This document shows, piece after piece, positions 25,699 through 32,000 of a stretch of DNA of 32,000 nucleotides. The stretch is from the NCBI RefSeq assembly GCF_001945605.1, contig NZ_MPKA01000044.1, positions 90,001 to 122,000 of the forward strand, written 5' to 3'. Under the pieces are notes generated by a model that saw only the letters and a program-made list of their open reading frames with translations, was not told the DNA's origin and ran no database searches. The position numbers were made by a program, and so were the translations under genes. Every line of letters begins with the position of its first letter. Position 1 is the first letter of the stretch. The DNA is from Dubosiella newyorkensis. GTDB lineage: Bacteria; Bacillota_I; Bacilli_A; Erysipelotrichales; Erysipelotrichaceae.

Positions 25699-26058
25699 TT
25701 ATGAACCATTTTGTTTCAGCTTCCTTTCTACGAGGACGAAAGTCACGATCAAAGGAACGAGCTGCAAGACCATCAATGCGAACGTTCCATAAATGATCAC
25801 GAGCGCGTTATGGGTGAGCGTGAGCAAAAATTGGACGATCAAACAGATCACTAAATCGATCCATCCCATTTTCCACCAAAGAGTTCCAGCAAGCTTTTGT
25901 GCCATTTCCCAATTCTTTTTGTTCTGCATCGAACGGATCGAACGATAGCCAAAGAGCTGGTTTCGATAGGCGGGAGGATGATTTTTTAAGATGGATCCAA
26001 ATACCGTGATCATGATCGGGATCAGTAAGGAAATCAATACATAAGGAAGACTACTCAT
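25699..26058 (-). CDS. SdpI/YhfL-family small membrane protein
   Basis: 119 aa with four hydrophobic segments. The motif N-x-L-F-G-Y-R-S...KKNWEMAQK resembles the SdpI-family signature (GYRT...W). Confidence 0.6.
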   Translation of the reverse strand: MSSLPYVLISLLIPIMITVFGSILKNHPPAYRNQLFGYRSIRSMQNKKNWEMAQKLAGTLWWKMGWIDLVICLIVQFLLTLTHNALVIIYGTFALMVLQLVPLIVTFVLVERKLKQNGS

Positions 26059-26122
26059 ACCCTCACTATACCGATTCCAAGAGCGCTTTGCACGATTGTT
26101 GCCTTACGACTATACTATATAC

Positions 26123-27328
26123 ATGAGTGAAAAAATCGTAGTGGCTTGTTCTGGCGGCCCCGATTCCATGGCTCTTCTGGATCGGATGCGAAAAGAGGGA
26201 TTTCAAATCGTCGTCGCCCATGTCAATTATCAAAAAAGGAAGAGCGCCAATCGGGATGAAGAAATCGTAAAAGCGTATTGCGCTCGCTACCAAATTCCGT
26301 GTTTTGTCCATGTTCCAACTTCTCAGCCGACTAAAAATTTTCAAGCGTGGGCAAGAGAAGAGAGGTATGCGTTTTTTGAATCGATCTTGAAACAAGAGCA
26401 TATCCACGCCCTATACGTGGCGCACCATCTCGATGATTTATTGGAGACGTACTTGTTTCAAGTCCAAAGAAACATGCTTTGCGACACGTATGGCCTTGCC
26501 GATCGTGTCGAACGAAAGACATATACGATATTTCGTCCTTTGTTGGGTTTTGAGAAAAAAGAGCTGGAAGCGTATTGTATTCGTCACGCTATAGCGTATG
26601 GGATCGACGAAAGCAATCTGAGCGATCACTATACTCGCAATAAGATCCGGCATCATCAAATCGAAAGAATGAGTTCAAACGAAAAGCGGGCGCTCAAAAA
26701 AGAGATCGATCAAAAAAACAAAAACTGGAAAGCTTGGCAAAGAAAACTTCGCGATCAAATCGAACAAAACGGAATCGTTTCTATGCTTTCTAAAGAGGAT
26801 GGCTGGCTCGCCCTCGATCTCTATTTATCCCCTTGGCTCCATCGTCATCTTTCAAAGGCGCATTTACGCTCGCTTTCTCAACAGTTCATGCATCCTTGCG
26901 TGATCGATCTAGAGAGCCACGAAGTCGAGAGATGGAACGATCGATTGATCGTCCGAAAAAAAAGCGAGCCCGTTTGTATTGTATGGAACGATCTTGCGGC
27001 TTTTAAAAAATTTGAATCATTAGAGTTGGGAAATTTCCGATATCTCGCTCATAATAAAGGAGCCACGATCGAAGGCGTGGATTTGAAGAGCCAGGACTTT
27101 CCGCTCCGCTTTCGCCCGGGCAAAACGAAGGATCGCATAGAAATGCGTTTCGGTACGAAAACGCTGCAGCGCTTTTGGATCGACCATAAGATCTCGCGCT
27201 TGTTGCGCAAAGATTGGTACGTTCTTGAAAACGCTTCCGGACGCGTGATCTTCGTGCCAGGCTTAGGTTGTGATGTTTCACATTTTTCTATCCAACCAAA
27301 TACCTTTATGTTACAATTACGGATATAG
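26123..27328 (+). CDS. tilS: tRNA(Ile)-lysidine synthetase
   Basis: PP-loop motif VACSGGPDSMAL and HLDDLLET. Conserved tilS-hpt-ftsH order. The start is uncertain (ATG at 26123 or TTG at 26096) and neither has a clear RBS. Confidence 0.9.
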   Translation: MSEKIVVACSGGPDSMALLDRMRKEGFQIVVAHVNYQKRKSANRDEEIVKAYCARYQIPCFVHVPTSQPTKNFQAWAREERYAFFESILKQEHIHALYVAHHLDDLLETYLFQVQRNMLCDTYGLADRVERKTYTIFRPLLGFEKKELEAYCIRHAIAYGIDESNLSDHYTRNKIRHHQIERMSSNEKRALKKEIDQKNKNWKAWQRKLRDQIEQNGIVSMLSKEDGWLALDLYLSPWLHRHLSKAHLRSLSQQFMHPCVIDLESHEVERWNDRLIVRKKSEPVCIVWNDLAAFKKFESLELGNFRYLAHNKGATIEGVDLKSQDFPLRFRPGKTKDRIEMRFGTKTLQRFWIDHKISRLLRKDWYVLENASGRVIFVPGLGCDVSHFSIQPNTFMLQLRI

Positions 27329-27352
27329 TTTAAGAGGAGAACACAATTCAAC

Positions 27353-27895
27353 ATGATCAGTCAAGATATCGAAACTGTTTTACTTACAGAAGAACAAATC
27401 GAAAAGCGATGCGTAGAGCTCGCCAAACAAATAGAAGATGACTACAACAAAGAAGGGGAAGTGCCGATCGTCGTAGGCCTTTTGCGCGGCAGCGTTCCAT
27501 TTATGGCCGAATTGATCAAGCGCTTCACATTCCCTTGCGAGATCGATTTTATGTCTGTCAGCAGTTATGATGGGACCGAGTCGATCGGGGATGTCAAGAT
27601 CGATAAAGATATGGATCTTTCCAGTAAAGAAAGAGCGATCTTGCTTGTCGAAGATATCGTCGATACGGGGCGTACTCTTTCTGAAGTCAAGAAGATGTTC
27701 ATCAATAAAGGAGCGACCAATGTCAAGATCGTCGCTTTGCTCGATAAACCATCGCGCCGAGTGGTCGATATCCATGCGGATTATATTGGATTTGAAGTAC
27801 CCAATGAATTTGTGGTCGGCTATGGGCTCGACTACAACCAAAAATATAGAAATTTGCCATATATTGGAATTCTTAAACGAGAAATTTACGAATAG
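27353..27895 (+). CDS. hpt: Hypoxanthine(-guanine) phosphoribosyltransferase
   Basis: PRPP-binding motif ILLVEDIVDTGRTL, the C-terminus VGYGLDYNQKYRNLPYIG, and RBS AAGAGGAGA. Confidence 0.95.
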   Translation: MISQDIETVLLTEEQIEKRCVELAKQIEDDYNKEGEVPIVVGLLRGSVPFMAELIKRFTFPCEIDFMSVSSYDGTESIGDVKIDKDMDLSSKERAILLVEDIVDTGRTLSEVKKMFINKGATNVKIVALLDKPSRRVVDIHADYIGFEVPNEFVVGYGLDYNQKYRNLPYIGILKREIYE

Positions 27896-27906
27896 GGGGG
27901 GAATGA

Positions 27907-29871
27907 ATGAAGAAGTGGCTTAACTATCTTCCTACGATTTTCATCATCAGCATCATCGTTTCCTTGATCGCCTACAGCTCTCAAGGTTCTTTGCGTCATA
28001 TGAATTATTCTGAATTCCAAAATCTAGCCAAAACAGCGGAATTTGGAAACTCGTCGCTCACGATCTCTTCGAATGTGATCGATGTCGAAGGGGTCTATAC
28101 CGATCCAAGTCAATCCAGCAAAAATTCAACAGCTTTTAGCGTATTGGTTCCTAACACGGAAGAAAACTTAACGTGGCTCACGAAAACGCTAGAAGCAAAT
28201 GGAGGACAGATCAGCATTGAAGATCCCAATCAAGGGAGCGTTTGGCTCAATGTTTTAGGACAATTGATCCCATTCCTTTTGATTGGCGTTTTCTTCTATT
28301 TCATGTTCACGAAAATGGGAGGCGGAGGCAGCAACAAAGCGTTCGAATTCTCCAAAAACAAAGCCCGCATGGAAACGGATGTCAAAGTCCGCTTCAAAGA
28401 TGTCGCGGGGTGCGATGAAGAAAAAGAAGAAGTCAAAGAAATCATCGACTACTTGCGTTCGCCAAAGAAATTTACCGATATGGGCGCCCACATCCCGAAG
28501 GGGATCTTGATGGTCGGCCCTCCAGGAACCGGGAAGACGCTTTTAGCCAAAGCGGTCGCTGGAGAAGCGAATGTTCCTTTTTTCTCCGTGTCTGGTTCGG
28601 ATTTCGTGGAAATGTTTGTCGGAACTGGCGCAAGCCGTGTCCGCGATATGTTTAAAACGGCTCAAAAAGCGGCTCCATGCATCATCTTTATCGACGAGAT
28701 CGACGCGGTCGGCCGTCAAAGGGGCGCTGGTATGGGTGGCGGAAACGATGAACGGGAACAAACGCTCAACCAGCTGCTCGTAGAAATGGATGGTATGGTC
28801 GATAACAACGGGATCGTGATCATCGCGGCCACGAACCGTCCCGATGTCCTTGACCCTGCGTTGCTAAGAAGCGGACGTTTTGATCGTCAAGTCACGGTCA
28901 ATTTGCCAGATATCCGCGGCCGTCAGCAGATCCTTGAAGTTCATGCCCGCAACAAGCATTTGGCAAGCGATGTCGAGCTTGATAATCTTGCCAAGCGCAC
29001 GCCTGGTTTTTCGGGAGCCGATCTTGCCAACGTCTTGAATGAGGGCGCGATCTTAGCGGTCCGCAACAAGGAAAAGGTCATCACGATGGCCGACCTTGAT
29101 GAGGCGATCGACCGCGTGATGATGGGTCCTGCGAAAAAAAGCAAAAAATACACCGAAAAAGACAAATGGCTCGTTTCTTATCATGAAGCAGGCCATGCGG
29201 TGATCGGTCTTCGCTTAGAAGATGCCGATATGGTCCAAAAAGTCACGATCATCCCTCGCGGAGAAGCGGGCGGATATAACTTGATGACCCCGCGCGAAGA
29301 AAAGTATTTCCATCGTAAATCGGAATATTTAGCACAGATCACAGGACTTCTTGGAGGCCGTACAGCGGAGGAGATCGTCTTTGGCGAGATCAGCGCCGGC
29401 GCTGTCAACGATATTGAAAAACTCACGGATATCGCGAAAAACATGGTCCGCGTCTTTGGAATGTCCTCTTTAGGCCCGATCCAATACGCTAATCCGCAAG
29501 GCAATGTCTTCTTAGGAAGAGATTACACGCAAGGCGGTAACTATTCGGTAGGTGTGGCGGAAGAGATCGACAAAGAAGTTCGTAAGATCGTCGACCAATG
29601 CCACACGGAATGTCATCGGATCTTGACGGAAAATCGCGCCCTTCTCGATCTGATCGCGCATAGCTTGTTTGAATATGAGACTTTGACCAATGAAGAAATC
29701 ACCAATTTAATGAAATTTGGCCAAATCACGGATCCGAACGCGCCAGCGATCGAAACAAAGGAAGTCGAAGCGGAACTGGAAGAAAACACGCCACCAAAGC
29801 TTCCTTCGAAAGCCAGCGAAGAAGAGCTTGACGCCGCGAAGAATGAATTGACAAAAAAGAAGGAAGACTAG
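27907..29871 (+). CDS. ftsH: ATP-dependent zinc metalloprotease FtsH
   Basis: Two TM helices, Walker A GPPGTGKT, Walker [10 protein letters not shown], the second region of homology ([20 protein letters not shown]), and the zinc site HEAGHA. Confidence 0.97.
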   Translation: MKKWLNYLPTIFIISIIVSLIAYSSQGSLRHMNYSEFQNLAKTAEFGNSSLTISSNVIDVEGVYTDPSQSSKNSTAFSVLVPNTEENLTWLTKTLEANGGQISIEDPNQGSVWLNVLGQLIPFLLIGVFFYFMFTKMGGGGSNKAFEFSKNKARMETDVKVRFKDVAGCDEEKEEVKEIIDYLRSPKKFTDMGAHIPKGILMVGPPGTGKTLLAKAVAGEANVPFFSVSGSDFVEMFVGTGASRVRDMFKTAQKAAPCIIFIDEIDAVGRQRGAGMGGGNDEREQTLNQLLVEMDGMVDNNGIVIIAATNRPDVLDPALLRSGRFDRQVTVNLPDIRGRQQILEVHARNKHLASDVELDNLAKRTPGFSGADLANVLNEGAILAVRNKEKVITMADLDEAIDRVMMGPAKKSKKYTEKDKWLVSYHEAGHAVIGLRLEDADMVQKVTIIPRGEAGGYNLMTPREEKYFHRKSEYLAQITGLLGGRTAEEIVFGEISAGAVNDIEKLTDIAKNMVRVFGMSSLGPIQYANPQGNVFLGRDYTQGGNYSVGVAEEIDKEVRKIVDQCHTECHRILTENRALLDLIAHSLFEYETLTNEEITNLMKFGQITDPNAPAIETKEVEAELEENTPPKLPSKASEEELDAAKNELTKKKED

Positions 29872-29873
29872 AT

Positions 29874-29898
29874 AAAAGGCGCCCATCAGCGCCTTTTT
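29874..29898 (+). terminator. Intrinsic terminator after ftsH
   Basis: AAAAGGCGC (29874-29882) pairs with GCGCCTTTT (29889-29897), with the loop CCATCA. The 3' arm runs into a T5 tract. Confidence 0.85.
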
Positions 29899-29970
29899 AA
29901 ATGCAAAGCATGTGTAAAAAACATAGGAAACGCCCATAATGAAAGAAAAAGAGGATATAAGGAGGAACCT

Positions 29971-30852
29971 ATGAAAGATGAATTAGTGAAGGCACTCGCC
30001 TTAGATGGTCATGTGCGTATTTATATCGATCGCACGACTCATATGGTCCAAGAAGCAAAAGAAAGATTTGATATGAACCCGACCGCCACCGCGGCTTTAG
30101 GAAGAACTTTATCCATCGCTTCGATGATGGGAAGCATGCTCAAAAGCGACCAAGAAATGCTCACGATCAATATCAATGGCCATGGGCCGATCGGCAGCAT
30201 TGTGGTCGACGCTTACGCGAACGGAAACGTGCGCGGATTTGTTTCGGATCCGCAAGTCAAGGACGCTTTTAAAAATGGAAAGCTCGATGTAGGCGCCGTG
30301 GTAGGAAAAGACGGATATCTTTCTGTCACAAAAGATTTGAACATGGAACAAAATTTCAAGGGGACCGTTGAGCTTCAATCAGGAGAGATCGGCGACGATT
30401 TCGCCTATTACTTTACTGTTTCAGAACAAACACCGACCGCTGTTTCTGTCGGTGTATTGATCGGAACCGACGGAAATGTGTTGAGCGCAGGTGGATTGAT
30501 CATTCAAATGATGCCTGATGCGAGCGATACCGACATTAGCATCTGCGAACACGTCTTGGAAGGTTTGAAGCCTATGTCGACGATCATCCAAGAATATGAC
30601 GATGTCGAGCTCTCTCAATTGGCCAAGGATCTATTCGAGGATGTCAAGATCGTCGAGACAAGAGAGATCTGCTTCTCTTGTTCTTGTTCGAAGGAAAGGT
30701 CGCAAGAAATCTTGATGACACTGCCAAAAGAAGACATCCAGAAGATGATCGACGAAGATGGCGGATGCGAGATCACGTGTAATTTTTGCAATGAGAAATA
30801 TCAATTCAGCAAAGAAGAACTCGAAGCGATCCTCGAAAGAATGAATGCTTAA
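29971..30852 (+). CDS. hslO: Redox-regulated chaperone Hsp33
   Basis: C-terminal zinc-centre cysteines CFSCSCS...CNFCNEKY and an Hsp33 N-terminal domain. RBS AAGGAGGA. Confidence 0.95.
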   Translation: MKDELVKALALDGHVRIYIDRTTHMVQEAKERFDMNPTATAALGRTLSIASMMGSMLKSDQEMLTININGHGPIGSIVVDAYANGNVRGFVSDPQVKDAFKNGKLDVGAVVGKDGYLSVTKDLNMEQNFKGTVELQSGEIGDDFAYYFTVSEQTPTAVSVGVLIGTDGNVLSAGGLIIQMMPDASDTDISICEHVLEGLKPMSTIIQEYDDVELSQLAKDLFEDVKIVETREICFSCSCSKERSQEILMTLPKEDIQKMIDEDGGCEITCNFCNEKYQFSKEELEAILERMNA

Positions 30853-31813
30853 GATCGGAAACGTCACCTTAAAAAATCCGATCATCACCGCGCCACTAGC
30901 GGGCGTGAGCAATCTTGCGTTTCGGAAGATCGCTCACGATTTTGGTGCGGGCATGACCTGCAATGAGATGGTCTCGGATAAAGCGCTTTATTACGATTCA
31001 AAAAAGACGTTGGCGATGCTTCAAACCGATCCATCCGATCATCCTGTCAGCTTTCAGATTTTTGGGCATGATGAAGATACACTTGTTCTAGCGGCTCGGT
31101 TTTTAGATACGCAAACGGATTGCGATATCATCGACTTCAATATGGGCTGTCCAGTCACGAAGGTGATCAAGGCGAAAGCCGGCAGCTTTATGATGAAAGA
31201 TGTCGAGTACGCGAAAAAAATCGTTTCCGCCATTGTACGGGCCGTCCATAAACCAGTCACCGTAAAAATGCGGATCGGATTCGATGTCGATCATATCAAC
31301 TGTGTCGAAATGGCGAAAGCCATGGAAGAAGCGGGTGTAAGTGCGATCTGTGTGCATGGACGTACACGCTCACAAATGTATGAAGGAAAAGCAGACTGGT
31401 CATGGATCAAGAAAGTCAAAGAAGCGGTCTCGATTCCTGTGATCGGAAACGGGGATGTGAAAACGGTCGAAGACTATTATCGAATGTTAGAAGAAACAGG
31501 CTGCGATGCGGTGATGATCGGAAGAGGAATCATCGGGAATCCGTTCTTGATTCAAGAGATCACGGCATCTTTTGAAGGGAAAAAGAAAGAACCATCGCTC
31601 CAAGAACGGTTAGAGATCTGTTTTCGGCATGCTACAGATCTTTGCGCGCTAAAAGGAGAAAAAGTAGGGATCCAGGAAATGCGGGGGATCGCGACATGGT
31701 ATTTCAAAGGGCTTCCAAATTCTCACGCGTACAAAGAGCATTTATCGAAGGTGACCTCTTTAGAGGAATTGAAAATGATTTTAGAGGATTTCAAGAAAGC
31801 CAACGAAGACTGA
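30845..31813 (+). CDS. dusB: tRNA-dihydrouridine synthase (DusB type)
   Basis: [16 protein letters not shown] (catalytic Cys), [11 protein letters not shown] and MIGRG motifs. 8-nt overlap with hslO. Confidence 0.93.
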   Translation: MLKIGNVTLKNPIITAPLAGVSNLAFRKIAHDFGAGMTCNEMVSDKALYYDSKKTLAMLQTDPSDHPVSFQIFGHDEDTLVLAARFLDTQTDCDIIDFNMGCPVTKVIKAKAGSFMMKDVEYAKKIVSAIVRAVHKPVTVKMRIGFDVDHINCVEMAKAMEEAGVSAICVHGRTRSQMYEGKADWSWIKKVKEAVSIPVIGNGDVKTVEDYYRMLEETGCDAVMIGRGIIGNPFLIQEITASFEGKKKEPSLQERLEICFRHATDLCALKGEKVGIQEMRGIATWYFKGLPNSHAYKEHLSKVTSLEELKMILEDFKKANED

Positions 31814-31832
31814 ACAGTGTTCAATTTTTTTT
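31811..31832 (+). terminator. Probable intrinsic terminator after dusB
   Basis: Short hairpin TGAAC-AGT-GTTCA (31811-31823) followed by T8 (31825-31832). Confidence 0.5.
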
Positions 31833-32000
31833 GGTTGCACTTTTTATTTTACCTGTTTAAGTATAAAATATGTTTATAAAAGACAAATGAGAAAACAATG
31901 GAAAGGAGTACCGCTTGATTTTGAGCGGCAAATATTGGAATGGACAAAAAGAAGACACAAGCCTTTTTTGAGGGACGCGAAATTAAAGCCTATACGATCT

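Noticed and set aside
31814-32000. Possible leader RNA (T-box-like?) or new gene after dusB. Features seen: a small hairpin CCGCT-N7-AGCGG near 31912-31928, and an ATG at 31940 opening MDKKKTQAFFEGREIKAYTI... to the window edge.
   Set aside because: I could not identify diagnostic T-box elements. The ORF has only ~20 codons in the window, a poor RBS and no recognisable family. This is too little to call a feature.
1-32000. Scan for CRISPR repeats, tRNA/rRNA genes, transposase/integrase/recombinase genes, toxin-antitoxin pairs and known defence-system proteins.
   Set aside because: I saw no regularly spaced direct repeats and no T-loop GGTTCGAATCC-like tRNA signatures. No ORF had transposase, integrase, nuclease-NTPase or toxin-like motifs. 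The window reads as conserved core genome.

Overview
Core-chromosome window from a low-GC Gram-positive (Bacillota-type) genome, roughly mid-40s %GC by eye. It holds about 30 recognisable, densely packed protein genes, many of them translationally coupled. In order: prfA (5' end cut by the window edge), prmC, map; a MerR/GyrI-like regulator convergent with an SDR oxidoreductase; a GH3 beta-glucosidase overlapping proB-proA; an orphan 98-aa gene; an MscS channel convergent with a Cof-type HAD phosphatase; a cytidylate-kinase-like protein; rho; an AzgA/NCS2 purine permease; addB-addA; a seven-gene string yitT-family, rnmV, rsmA, ispE, DUF1146-like, MreB-like, tagO/wecA-like; an SdpI-like protein; tilS-hpt-ftsH; hslO-dusB. 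The rnmV-rsmA-ispE and tilS-hpt-ftsH-hslO-dusB orders are typical of Bacillus-like chromosomes. I found no rRNA, tRNA, CRISPR array, transposase, integrase or phage gene, and no classical defence island or obvious multi-gene novel system. This is mostly housekeeping DNA. Observations worth a second look: (1) the palindrome GATC is several-fold over-represented inside genes but not in intergenic spacers; (2) an MreB-fold protein with substituted nucleotide-binding motifs is translationally coupled to a DUF1146-like membrane peptide and to the TagO/WecA-like transferase; (3) Rho has an extra N-terminal cold-shock-like domain in place of the usual helical N-terminus; (4) AddB keeps the C-x2-C-x5-C iron-sulfur cysteines but seems to lack both the N-terminal Walker A and the DYK nuclease lysine; (5) about 220 bp in the addB/yitT divergent spacer is unexplained and has terminator-like structure; (6) a self-contained orphan 98-aa gene. 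All calls rest on reading the translations and sequence by eye; no database search was run.
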